Below, piece by piece: positions 17,634-28,118 of a stretch of 34,283 bases of DNA (its first letter is position 1; each line of letters begins with the position of its first letter). This stretch comes from Candidatus Zixiibacteriota bacterium. Lineage in GTDB: Bacteria > Zixibacteria > MSB-5A5 > GN15 > JAAZOE01. A program made the translations under genes and the position numbers. Location of the stretch: positions 1-34,283 of the forward strand of contig JBDREQ010000068.1 in the NCBI GenBank assembly GCA_043819555.1, in the 5' to 3' direction. The notes under the pieces are model-generated. The model made no database searches. It was not told where the DNA came from and saw only the letters and a list, made by a program, of their open reading frames with translations.

Positions 17634-17651
17634 TAGTTAGTTAGTTAGTTA
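17634..17651. repeat. (TAGT)4 tetranucleotide repeat in the porin 5' leader
   Basis: TAGTTAGTTAGTTAGTTA, which reads TAACTAACTAACTAACTA on the coding strand. Confidence 0.85.
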
Positions 17652-17697
17652 ATCTCAAAATAAAGGGATGGATCTCTCCACGTACATTACACTTATT

Positions 17698-17730
17698 TTA
17701 GGCTTGGAGATATCCAATGAGTTGCTTCAT
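17698..17730 (-). CDS. Putative 10-aa leader peptide MKQLIGYLQA
   Basis: AAGGAGG SD, 7-nt spacer, ATG AAG CAA CTC ATT GGA TAT CTC CAA GCC TAA, ending 86 nt upstream of the porin start codon. Confidence 0.55.
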   Translation of the reverse strand: MKQLIGYLQA

Positions 17731-18106
17731 AAAAAGTCCTCCTTGATTTTCTCATCAAAACAGAGATACCTATTTCGATGAGTTATCTTCCCTAAATTCC
17801 TCTATCCCTATTTTCTAAATTTCCAATTACCTTCTAAATCGAGCTGTATTTACGATTTTGATATTTTAAGCGCAATAAAAAAATGCACTTATTTTAATTT
17901 TTTTTAAGCAATACTTGACACAACTATGTTTAAAGCCATAAGGGAGAGTCAATTGAGCCTTATTTTTCAACCGCTTAAAAATGGCATAAAATTAACTTTT
18001 TCATAACACATTGACTTTCAGCAGAATACGCAAATGATTTTTAGTGGATATAGATCTCGTGTTTGCATATACATTGAAATGATTAATACACTCGGAGGTA
18101 TATGCA

Positions 18107-20242
18107 ATGAAACTGTTTGTTTTTTCACTGGTGATAATTTTGGTTTTTTGCTGTCCCGGATTCGGGCAGGACAAGATAGATTTATTGAACCAGGCACTTG
18201 ATTCAATCGGCTTTACAAGGGCCGATATCGGTTATCAGCCCAAAGGTCACTGGACGAAATTTCCCAATGACGTCCCTTATAGATTGAAATCATTTGACGG
18301 TCTGTTCGCCGAGCCGCTCAAATTGTACGATTTCGGAAAATCATTTGGAGAGGCATTGCGAATATATTGCACTCCCGAACGGCTTGATTCTCTTGATGAT
18401 AATCTCTATCAGCTGACTTATTATCTCGGCGTCGAACGAAAACTTGGCGGTACGAGATCTTATGGCGCCAACCTCGTTGAAGCTCCTGACAGCCTGAAAC
18501 CGTTGGCGAAGGCGGTTGAAAATATATTTTTGGCCGCTGGCGAAAAGACGAGATTTATATCGTTTGGTAAGCAATACGGTTTTACCGATTTGATTGCTGA
18601 ATTGGAAGAGCAGACTAAATCGCTGCCACTGGAAGTCAGGATGCTTCTGGGGCGATTAGTGGAGAACCTTAGGGAAGCATACTACTGGCGTGATTTGGGA
18701 ATCAGAAATATCCCTGAAGAAATACGCAACAAGATTTTTAATATTCGTGATTTATCAGAGACTCAGGCTGATGGGCAAAAATATTATCCGGAACTTGACG
18801 ATGCCGCCGGATTGATTGATTTTGAATCTCTGTTTTACGGCGGTCTTAAGGCGGTGGCCGCGGCGGAACAATTTGAAAAAGCGGTATCTAACATAACTAT
18901 AGAATTCCCCGAAGATTTTGCCGTTGATTTTGAGACCCCTTATGGACGAATCGTTATAAATGGAACGACAAACAACCAGATTGACGGCAATGATTGTCTT
19001 CTAATTGTCGATTTTGGCGGCGATGATAATTATACCGGATCGGCGGGAGCCACAAGCCGATATGACCGGGGAGTTTCGGTATTGATTGATCTTGGCGGCA
19101 ATGATAACTATTCGAGCGATGAAGAGATTTCATTGGGGGCCGGTATTCTGGGCATTGGCGTCTGCTATGATGCTTCCGGTTCTGACCGTTATCAAGGCAA
19201 AGTTTTCTCGCAAGGCGCGGGCCTATTTGGAATCGGCATTTTGTTCGATAAAGACGGAGTTGATGATTATAAGGCCGAAACGTCGGCGCAGGGTTGTGGA
19301 TATTTTGGCATTGGTCTTTGCATTGACGCCGATGGCGATGACAAATATTATATGTATGTTGACGGACAGGGGCTTGGAGGTATTGGCGGCGGGGTCGGCG
19401 TAATAGCCGATTATTCCGGAAACGATGTCTATACGGCCGAACCATATTCGGATGTCTATGATCAGGGCGACTATCACAGCGAGCACAAGATAAATGGCAA
19501 TAATGCTCAGGGAGTCGGATTCGGCCGCCGCGGTGACGGGTCGGACGGACATAGTTATGCCGGAGGCTTGGGTGTAATTGTCGATATTTTTGGAGACGAC
19601 CAATATATATCAGGCAACTGGTCATTGGGATGCGGCTACTGGTTCGGAACCGGGATTTGCTATGATGGCGAAGGCGACGATTTATATAAATCGGTTTATT
19701 TTACTCAAGCTTCAGGTGCGCATTTTTGCAATGGTGTCCTGATCGATGAAGCTGGTGACGATAAGCATGTTTTGTATGAAACTGCGGGAGCGGCACTGGC
19801 GTTCGGCTGGGATTTCACCAATGCTCTCTTTATTGACCGCGGCGGAAACGACGAATATGAAGCCAAAATGATTTCTTACGGTTTGGCTCAATTACGATCA
19901 TTTGCCTTATTTTTTGAAATGGGCGGCGCGGATACCTATAAATATATCGAAGGCCAGCAGGGATTCGGAGCGGCTTCATTCCGGCCGGATTTTGCATCGC
20001 CAAATTTATTGAATCCTTATACTTATTACGCGAAATCAGCCGGTATTTTTATCGACGCTTCGGGAACCGATAATTATATCCTGCTTCAGGGCGAAGAAGA
20101 AACGGCCGCGGAAAAATATAGAGACAATGCTATCTGGTTTACGCTTGATAAAGATGATCCAAATTATGGCCACAATAATTTCGGCATTGGGATAGATTCC
20201 GACGGCGGATTCATCCCGGAGTTGAGTATTTTTGATAAATGA
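18107..20242 (+). CDS. Secreted protein with about 12 DxxGxDxY Gly/Asp-rich repeats
   Basis: GGAGG SD, signal peptide, helical N-terminal half, then repeats such as IVDFGGDDNY, LIDLGGNDNY, LFDKDGVDDY, CIDADGDDKY, IADYSGNDVY, CYDGEGDDLY, FIDRGGNDEY and FIDASGTDNY. Confidence 0.8.
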   Translation: MKLFVFSLVIILVFCCPGFGQDKIDLLNQALDSIGFTRADIGYQPKGHWTKFPNDVPYRLKSFDGLFAEPLKLYDFGKSFGEALRIYCTPERLDSLDDNLYQLTYYLGVERKLGGTRSYGANLVEAPDSLKPLAKAVENIFLAAGEKTRFISFGKQYGFTDLIAELEEQTKSLPLEVRMLLGRLVENLREAYYWRDLGIRNIPEEIRNKIFNIRDLSETQADGQKYYPELDDAAGLIDFESLFYGGLKAVAAAEQFEKAVSNITIEFPEDFAVDFETPYGRIVINGTTNNQIDGNDCLLIVDFGGDDNYTGSAGATSRYDRGVSVLIDLGGNDNYSSDEEISLGAGILGIGVCYDASGSDRYQGKVFSQGAGLFGIGILFDKDGVDDYKAETSAQGCGYFGIGLCIDADGDDKYYMYVDGQGLGGIGGGVGVIADYSGNDVYTAEPYSDVYDQGDYHSEHKINGNNAQGVGFGRRGDGSDGHSYAGGLGVIVDIFGDDQYISGNWSLGCGYWFGTGICYDGEGDDLYKSVYFTQASGAHFCNGVLIDEAGDDKHVLYETAGAALAFGWDFTNALFIDRGGNDEYEAKMISYGLAQLRSFALFFEMGGADTYKYIEGQQGFGAASFRPDFASPNLLNPYTYYAKSAGIFIDASGTDNYILLQGEEETAAEKYRDNAIWFTLDKDDPNYGHNNFGIGIDSDGGFIPELSIFDK

Positions 20243-20432
20243 ATGTCTGCTTTTTCTAAACTTTAAATTGCAGATGAAAATTGTCCCGGATTTAAAGAAT
20301 ATTCAATAAAACAACGAATTTGCTTGCAAAAAAGATGTGGTAAATATATATTCTGATATATTATTGTTATTTGATGGTTGCCGGGAAATTATATAATAAA
20401 AATATATATTTTTGCCTTTGGGGAGGTGTGCT

Positions 20433-22534
20433 ATGCGCAAGTGCCAATTTGTTTCGACAATCTTAATAATTATTCTGATTTGTTTTAATCCATTGATTTC
20501 TTCCGCATATGATTTGAACGCCAATATTGAAGCCAGCGTGTTATGGGGACGAGCCTATGATGTAGCAGTTTCCGGTGATTATGCTTATTACTGCAAACAT
20601 TATGGCTTGGAAGTTGTCAATATTAGTGATCCATTAAATCGTAGTCTTACGAGTCGTTTGTTTATGGAATCCGGAGCAAATCATATTGATATTTCCGGGC
20701 AATACGCATATATCATCGGCCGCCGGTACACTGATGGTGGATTGCAAATCGTCGACATTTCAAATCCCAATGCACCTCAAATAGTTGGCAATCTTGAAAT
20801 TGCCGGAGATCTTAAAGGAGTTTTGTGCGATTCAGATATTTTATATCTTTGGCGAACTGATCCGGATGGAATTCTTTTAATTGATGTTTCCGATCCAACG
20901 TCACCGAGCGTAATTTCTGCAATGAACACTATCTACTTTCCTTCTGAACTAGCAAAGTCAGGCGATTTTATATATGTAACTGAGTTAACATCCGGATTGC
21001 AGATTTTTAATGTTTCTAATCCGGCCGCCCCAATCTGGGTATAAAATTATTCAACTGCGAAGGAATTTGTCAATCTTAGATACAAGGATATAGATATATC
21101 CGGAGATTTTGCCTTTATTTCCGATTATTCATATCCTCATCTGGAAATGGCCGGAATCCACATTATTGACATTACAAACCCATACGACCCGGCGTATGTG
21201 ACAACCATTGAAATGCATCAGGCGAGCGATATAGTTCTGAACGGAACAACATTGTTCGCCAAATCGTCTTTTGATGGACTATACTCGTATAATGTATCAG
21301 ACCCGTCTAATCCGGTTTTGCTGACACAGGAATTCCCTATTTTGTTTGAGAGTGATTTGAAGATAGCAAACGACCTTTTGCTGGCCTCCTCAGGCAAAAA
21401 TGAAATTTACGATATTTCAGATCCTGTAAACATAACATTGATTTCTGAGATTAAAACCGGAGAAAATAATTATGATGTTACAGTTTCCGGAAACTATGCA
21501 TATATTGCCCAGGAATATTCAGGAATGACAATCGTGGATATAACTAATCCCTTATCACCTCAAATTGTATCAAATTATTCAATAATCGGCAGAGCGCACG
21601 AGGTAAAAATTATTGATAATTTGGCTTATTTGACTTCGAGTTCAGGACTTGATATTATTGATATTTCCGATCCTATGAACCCGTTAAAGGTGGGACAGTA
21701 TATCGATTCTGACACCACCAGCTCGGAGGAATTTACAATCATCAATGATATAGCTTATATCACAGCCTTTCCTTATTGTATGGATATTGTGGATGTATCA
21801 AATCCGGCCGCACCCAATTTAATCGCGAGTTATACGCCAAGCGGGGTAACTCGATGGGATACGAAGATTGAAAATGTAAACGCCTTTGGAAATTTCGCCT
21901 ATGTAAGCAGCTGGCAGACTTATGAAATTTATATTGTTGATATATCGAATCCGGCAGAACCGGTTGAGGTTGGTATTTATTCTGATTTACAAATGCCCTG
22001 TAAAACAAGTTTCATTGACGGCTATGCTCTCGCCAGTGGTGGAATTGAAACAGTGGTTTTAGATATATCTGATCCCGCCAATCCTACGACAATAACAAGA
22101 TTTCAGGACCATTCGCAGTACGAACCAGCAATTTATAATGATTTCTTAATCTTTCCGGGTGATATGAATAGTAGTATTGTGACTGTTTACAATATACAAG
22201 ATATTGCCAAACCATATTTTGTCGGGGAATTTTCCACTCCGGGTATATCCAACTCTATTGTTCCATTCGGAGAATATGTCATCGTTGCGGATTCGTACGC
22301 CTTACTTGTAATGTCTCTGTCGCTTCCAACATATTTGTCGGGAGATGCCAATAACGATCGGTCGGTCAATCTTGGTGATGCGGTATATTTGATCAATACT
22401 GTTTTCAAACAAGGCCCCCTCCTCAACCGCTTGAAGCCGGTGATTCAAATTGCGATGGCGACGTCAATGTCGGAGATGCCGTTTATTTGATAAATCATAT
22501 CTTTAGGGACGGCGATGCCCCATGCTATAATTAA
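20433..22534 (+). pseudogene. LVIVD-repeat secreted protein with C-terminal dockerin, disrupted by a nonsense codon and a frameshift
   Basis: Many GLxIVDISNPxxP repeats. After the in-frame TAA at 21042..21044 the frame continues for 34 codons (NYSTAKEF...DIDISGDFAFI...) into ORF 21147. Adding one C to the C5 run at 22415..22419 restores the second dockerin loop GDSNCDGDVNVGDAVYLINHIF ending at TAA 22534. Confidence 0.8.
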
Positions 22535-22564
22535 TTTCTACGAATTATATAAAAGCAGGTTTTT

Positions 22565-22599
22565 AAAGTCAGGAGTCCGAATACTCCTGACTTTTTTTT
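22565..22599 (+). terminator. Intrinsic terminator
   Basis: AAAGTCAGGAGT-6 nt-ACTCCTGAC followed by T8. Confidence 0.8.
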
Positions 22600-22692
22600 A
22601 TTTAATTTGAAAAAACCCAATTAAATTTTCTGCTTGAATTACACGGCTCAATCTCTTAGCGTATATATTATAAATGAGCAGGGAGTAAATCT

Positions 22693-25112
22693 GTGGCAAA
22701 TAACGAGAGATCGAATAATAATACCCATTCGCATCTTGTCCTGACAACCGGAACTCAAATAAATCAATACCGGATTATAAGTAAAATTGGGGCCGGCGGA
22801 ATGGGTGAAGTGTATCTTGCCCAGGACACTGAACTTGACCGCAAAGTAGCCTTGAAATTCATGCCGTCAAATCTATCTGATGATGAGGATTACCGGGCGC
22901 GATTTAAGCGCGAGGCGCAGGCGGCGGCCCGGCTCAATCATCCGAATATAATTACCATATTCGAGGTCGGCGAATTCAAAAATCGTCCTTACTTCGTAAT
23001 GGAATACATTGAGGGGCATTCCATAAAAGATGTCATCGCTTCATCAGAGCTGAGTTTTGAAAAATCCATCGAATTATTTATCGGGGTTCTTGAAGGACTC
23101 GAAAAAGCTCATAATCAGGGCATAAATCATCGAGATATTAAGCCGGCCAATATTGTTCTGGATGATGATGGACGTCCCAAATTGGTCGACTTTGGGTTGG
23201 CGGCTATCAAGGGCGGCGAACATATCACCAAATCCGGTTCAACGCTGGGAACATTCGGCTATATGTCTCCCGAACAAATCCAGACCAACGAGATTGATCA
23301 TCGTTCTGATCTCTTTTCTGCGGGAGTTTTGTTTTATGAAATGTTATCCGGCACGAGACCGTTTAAGGGCGATAATGAAGCGGCCATGATCAACTCGATA
23401 CTGAACGATAAACCGCCACCCCTTGCGCAGCATCTGAGCGATATTCCCGCCGGAATTGAAAGCATCATCCTGAAGATGCTTGAAAAATCTCCTGACTCCC
23501 GTTACCAAAACGCATCGGAGATCTTAACTGATTTGACCCAATTCCAAAAAGGACAAAGCAGAGGCTCTGCGCGGCCTTACGACTGGTGGAATCGTTACGT
23601 AGTATTCGGAGCGGTGGCGGTATTAGTCGTGATTATCGGATATTGGGCAATCTCTGAATTATACAAGGCAAAAAAAAATAAGGCCGCGCAATCGAAAAAG
23701 ATGCTGGCGGTTTTGCCGTTTCGTAATCTGGGAAACCCGGATGATGAATATTTCGCCGATGGCATGGCCGAGGAAATAATTTCGCGTTTGGTATCGATCA
23801 ACGATCTCGGGGTTATTTCCCGGACAAGTTCCAATGCCTTTAAGCTAACTGATAAAACTCTGCCCGAAATAGCAAAGGAATTAAGAGTCGGATATGTGCT
23901 CGTCGGTACTATTCGCTGGGACAAAACGGGCGACACCAATATTGTCAGGATTACTCCTCAGCTTATCCGAGCATACGATGAAATGCTGCTTTGGGCGGAA
24001 AACTATGAACGTCCACTGCGGCAGATCTTTACGCTTCAGGCCGAAATAGCAAAAATATTGTCAATAATCTTGGTATTACGCTGGGCGTTATCGAGGCTGA
24101 ACGGTTACTAACCGTGCCAACTGAAAACCTGGAGGCTTATAATTATTATCTAAAAGCGCAATTTCATCTCAGCAGGCAAACGGTGGAAGGATTTCGAGAA
24201 GGAAAATCATACCTGGACCTTGCTTTGCAGACCGATTCAAATTTTGCGCTGGCCTGGGCGGGTTTGGCGGCTTATTACACATTTTCGGTGACCACCGGAA
24301 TCATACCGGTTGATAATGTTCGCTCTCCTGCCGTGCATGCCGCCCGTCAAGCATTGGAAAAAGACAGCCTGCTGGCTGAAGCACATTTTGTGATGGGATG
24401 GGTCAATAGTCATCTCCTCCGGGAATGGAACGAGGCTGATAAACAATTTGCGCGGGCCCTGGAACTTGCTCCGGGTAATTCCACCGCGCATCTGGCCTAC
24501 GCTTCATTTTTAATTCCGATGAACCGGATAACTGAGGGGCTGGCTGAGATGGAGCAGGCGGTTTTGCTTGATCCGTTATCGCCTTTGGTCAATCAATCAA
24601 TGGGCTGGGCATACTTTGCCAGTGGCCAACCACGGATGGCGATCAATCAATTTCAGAAAACGCTTGAGATTGATCCGACAAATATCTGGGCGCATACACA
24701 ACTCGCATGGGCTTACGCCTATAACGACCTGTATCCCCAGGCGCTCGCCGAATGTGACCTGACATTGAATGAGTTGAATCCCGAGTTTGACCCTTGGCTG
24801 TATGCCTCGCTGGGTGCAGTCTATGCTCGGGCCGGAAACGAAGATCACTCTCGTAATATTCTGGAATTACTGGGACGCGAAAGCGAAAACAAATATATTG
24901 ATCCTTTTTGTTTTGCCTGCCTTTATGCAAATTTAAATAAGCCGGATTCGGCCTGGTACTGGCTGGAGAAAACAATTGATGTCAAATCACCCCAGTTATT
25001 ATTTATTCGTCTTCCCGGAATGAGAAATTTCTTTCTCCAGAATATAAGCGACAATAGTCGCTATAATGATCTGATCAAACGAATGAATTATCCGACGACT
25101 ATAGTATATTAA
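22693..25112 (+). pseudogene. Ser/Thr protein kinase - TM - TolB_N-like - TPR protein split by a frameshift (ORFs 22693..24111 and 24114..25112)
   Basis: GAGGMGEVY, VALK, HRDIKPAN, DFG, GTFGYMSPEQ, a TM helix and LAVLPFRNLG..YFADGMAEEII. One extra A in the A5 run at 24051..24055 joins it in frame (AKNIVNNLGITL...PTENLEAY) to the TPR ORF. Confidence 0.8.
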
Positions 25113-26314
25113 TTCTGCTCAACAATCGGCAGATGCACTCGAAGCGGTTTATCTTCGCGAAATCCCAGAGAGTAATCGCCCTGCATAATCGTATGAATCT
25201 CTCGCGTACCCTCATACATCGACGATCCCTTGGCGTTGCGATAGAACCTCTCGACCGGATATTCATCTGAAAAACCATAAGCGCCATGCACCTGAACGGC
25301 ATCGGCCGCCGCCTGTTCGGCCTCACGGCAGGCGATCCATTTGGCCATTGATGATTCCCGGGTATTCGGTTCGCCCAGGTTCTTTTTCCATCCGGCCTTC
25401 ATCCAGAGTAGGCGTGAAAACTGATACCCCGCTTCCATATTGGCGATCATCTGTTTGACTAATTGATGATGTGCGATCGGCGAATTGAATGTTTCCCGCT
25501 CGTGGGCATATTTAACGCTGGCATCGCGGCAGGCTCGGATTAGTCCGGTCGAACCGGAAGCGACGGTGTAGCGGCCCTGATCGAGACAGAACATCGCAAT
25601 TTTGAATCCTTCGCCAACTTCACCGAGCATATTTTCAGCGGGAATTTTTACATCTGTCATCGATATATATCCGGTGTTTCCGGCGCGCACTCCGAGTTTG
25701 CCGTGAATTGAGCCGGTCGTGACGCCCTCATATTTGTTTTCAATAATAAAGGCCGAAATGCCTCTGTGATTTCTCTCTTTTTTCATTTCCAAATCGGTCC
25801 AGGCAAAAATGAGTGAGTAGTCGGCAAGTTCGGCCAATGAAATCCACATTTTCTCGCCGTTGAGAATATAACTGTCGCCGTCTTTGACGGCCGTGCTTTG
25901 AATCCCGACAACATCCGATCCCGCCGCCGGTTCGGTCAGTCCAAAACATCCGATTTTTTTGCCGCCGGTGCATGGTACCAGGTATTTTTGCTTTTGTCCT
26001 TCGCTTCCCCACGTACAAACCGGAAGCGAATAAAGTCCTATATGAACCGACAATACGACTCGGGCGGAAGTATCTCCATATTCCATCTCTTCACAGGCCA
26101 GTCCCAGCGAAATATAATCCATTCCCAGACCGCCGTATTTTTCCGGAAGGCAAAACCCCAAAAGATCGGCGTCAGCCATATCTTTCAGAAATTGCGGATC
26201 GTAAACCTGATTCCGATCCTGCTTTGAAATATTCGGGATAATTTTTTTTACAGCCAGTTCGCGTGCCATCCGCTGAACTTCCAGCTGACTATCTGTAAAC
26301 TCAAATGATATCAT
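25109..26314 (-). CDS. Acyl-CoA dehydrogenase
   Basis: PEKYGG, FGLTEPAAGSD, LNGEKMWIS, KLGVRA, QVHGAYGFSDEYPVERFYRNAK and YEGT (catalytic Glu). Substrate not assignable. Confidence 0.92.
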   Translation of the reverse strand: MISFEFTDSQLEVQRMARELAVKKIIPNISKQDRNQVYDPQFLKDMADADLLGFCLPEKYGGLGMDYISLGLACEEMEYGDTSARVVLSVHIGLYSLPVCTWGSEGQKQKYLVPCTGGKKIGCFGLTEPAAGSDVVGIQSTAVKDGDSYILNGEKMWISLAELADYSLIFAWTDLEMKKERNHRGISAFIIENKYEGVTTGSIHGKLGVRAGNTGYISMTDVKIPAENMLGEVGEGFKIAMFCLDQGRYTVASGSTGLIRACRDASVKYAHERETFNSPIAHHQLVKQMIANMEAGYQFSRLLWMKAGWKKNLGEPNTRESSMAKWIACREAEQAAADAVQVHGAYGFSDEYPVERFYRNAKGSSMYEGTREIHTIMQGDYSLGFREDKPLRVHLPIVEQN

Positions 26315-26410
26315 TTATACTCTCCTTCGACCATTTAATGCACTTGCACTTATACGGACAGTTTCCCAGAATCTTGGAGGTGTTTGGGGGAATATTTTCC
26401 GGCCGTCTTC

Positions 26411-26466
26411 TAGGTCAAAATCCCTGTAGTTTTGATAAAAAATCTCACACAATGGGTGAGGCACAG
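26411..26466. repeat. Two degenerate REP-like palindromes
   Basis: TAGGTCAAAATCCCTGTAGTTTTGATA resembles the reverse complement of 34031..34058. CTCACACAATGGGTGAG resembles 33942..33966. Confidence 0.5.
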
Positions 26467-26472
26467 ATTGCC

Positions 26473-27051
26473 TTAACTGACAATTGGATGACCAATGCTT
26501 TTAAGGTATTCTATAATCTCTTTCTTTCGTGATTTATATTTAAGGTCATAATCATCTATCATATTGTTTATTCCGTTCATTTCTATTGAATCAAATAGAA
26601 AGTTTTTTATCGCCTGCTCAATTTTATCCTGCAAAATTGTACTATTTGGCACGGTTGCATAAATGTCTAGTAAAGCAACATCCATCATCTCGCCAAATAA
26701 TGGGTCTAATACAGCTAATTGTGCATCATATTCATAATAATTCTTAATTGTAATTAAGTATTCTCTACTATAGCGAACTAAATTGACGATAATATTTGAA
26801 TCTTCAGTATAGGATATGCGTCTATTTTTTTGTAGTTTTGCATTCCACACCATATTAAAAATAATGAGGCTTGCTAATATCAATGCTGGAAGGTAATAGC
26901 CTTGAAGTAATAGCACAAACGTTAAGATTATGGCAAGCCATAAACCGTATGAGGGGATTATACATAAGATAGCCCATATACTCAATAGCCAATTTTGGTT
27001 ATAAGCCAAATATATGGAAATAACAATTAATGTAATTGTTTTTAATATCAT
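26473..27051 (-). CDS. Hypothetical membrane protein (AT-rich)
   Basis: 192 aa with a hydrophobic N-terminal 70 aa and a soluble C-domain. No family recognised. Confidence 0.65.
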   Translation of the reverse strand: MILKTITLIVISIYLAYNQNWLLSIWAILCIIPSYGLWLAIILTFVLLLQGYYLPALILASLIIFNMVWNAKLQKNRRISYTEDSNIIVNLVRYSREYLITIKNYYEYDAQLAVLDPLFGEMMDVALLDIYATVPNSTILQDKIEQAIKNFLFDSIEMNGINNMIDDYDLKYKSRKKEIIEYLKSIGHPIVS

Positions 27052-27182
27052 ATCCTTAACGCTTGATTTAAGTTAGACCATTCAATATCCAAATCATCCT
27101 AATAATTTTTTCAAACTTTCAACGAATGCACAAAAAACCAAATATCCACGAACCTCTCAATTAATTGAATCTTATTTTCGAA

Positions 27183-27776
27183 TTATTTGCCAAAAATACT
27201 CCAATCAGGTTCAGGAGGTATTAAATTAGTCTTTGAAGTTAAAATTGGAATCCATCTTTCCCCATTGGAATCGAATTGCCATCTTTTTATGGGGCTAAAA
27301 TACTTACTGCCTTTACTTAAGTTCTTCTTTTTATTACACCATGCTTTATAATATAAATATACAGAAAGTTCCAATTTAGCTTTTGGGTCCGCGATTACTT
27401 CTAGTCCTTTTAGTATTCCCGAAATTTCTTTATATCCTTGTACACCTTGCCTGGCGGGAAAATACCACAGCTCTTTTCCTTCATAAGCTTGGTCTTGAAA
27501 GTTCACAGATTTTCCATTTACTAATAATTGCATTAAAATGAGGCCAACTGCATCAGTATTAGAAAAATTCATAATTTCAATCATTATTTTAGTCTGGGTA
27601 GTTTCTTTGTTAAGTAAAGCCCCCAGAATTGGCTGAATCGTATATTCAGTAAGCTGCCGATTTTTATTTAATAATTTATAGGTGCTAATTGTGTAAAAAA
27701 CCAGTGCGAATAGTGCGCCAAACGATATATAATCGCCGAATGACAAAGTTTCAAGCATCTTACAAAAATAATCCAT
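27183..27776 (-). CDS. Hypothetical protein with single N-terminal TM helix (AT-rich)
   Basis: 197 aa, TM segment ISFGALFALVFYTISTY followed by a soluble domain. Upstream TTGACT-17-CATAAT. Confidence 0.7.
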   Translation of the reverse strand: MDYFCKMLETLSFGDYISFGALFALVFYTISTYKLLNKNRQLTEYTIQPILGALLNKETTQTKIMIEIMNFSNTDAVGLILMQLLVNGKSVNFQDQAYEGKELWYFPARQGVQGYKEISGILKGLEVIADPKAKLELSVYLYYKAWCNKKKNLSKGSKYFSPIKRWQFDSNGERWIPILTSKTNLIPPEPDWSIFGK

Positions 27777-27784
27777 TGTATAAT

Positions 27785-27813
27785 ATTATGGATTAATCTA
27801 TTCCAATAGTCAA
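27785..27813 (-). promoter_or_regulatory. Putative sigma70 promoter, possibly leaderless transcript
   Basis: Minus strand TTGACT-17 nt-CATAAT with only 8 nt between the -10 box and ATG 27776. Confidence 0.55.
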
Positions 27814-27939
27814 GATAAATTTATTCTGTGACCAGTAGGGTCCCGCAATCACACTTACATATTTTCAATAACTTCGATGTATTTCCCGAATTCATTCGCG
27901 TATGTAAGATGGAATATTTTGCATATATACAATAAAACC

Positions 27940-27990
27940 GTTGGGGCTTGTCGCGACAAGCCTGCGGGTCGCTCGCGAGCGACCCCTACA
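27940..27990. repeat. GTAG-type REP doublet
   Basis: Perfect palindromes GGCTTGTCGCGACAAGCC (27945..27962) and GGGTCGCTCGCGAGCGACCC (27966..27985), bracketed by GTTG and CTAC. Confidence 0.7.
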
Positions 27991-28118
27991 GAACATTTGT
28001 GAGGCCTGTTCGTAATAACCGCCGAGTTGATATGACCAAAAACGTTAATCTGAGGAAACAAACCCATTTTTTTGGGATAACGATTGAATTCTGATGCGCA
28101 CTAAATGATTGATAATTG

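Noticed and set aside
18990..20080. CRISPR array or DNA tandem repeat
   Set aside because: The periodicity exists only at protein level inside a CDS, and no repeat-spacer structure was seen anywhere in the window.
21042..21044. Stop-codon reassignment or programmed read-through of TAA
   Set aside because: TAA is the genuine stop of many intact genes here, and the same gene carries a second lesion.
27855..28067. 70-aa ORF on the - strand
   Set aside because: It reads through the REP doublet and has no convincing SD or domain.
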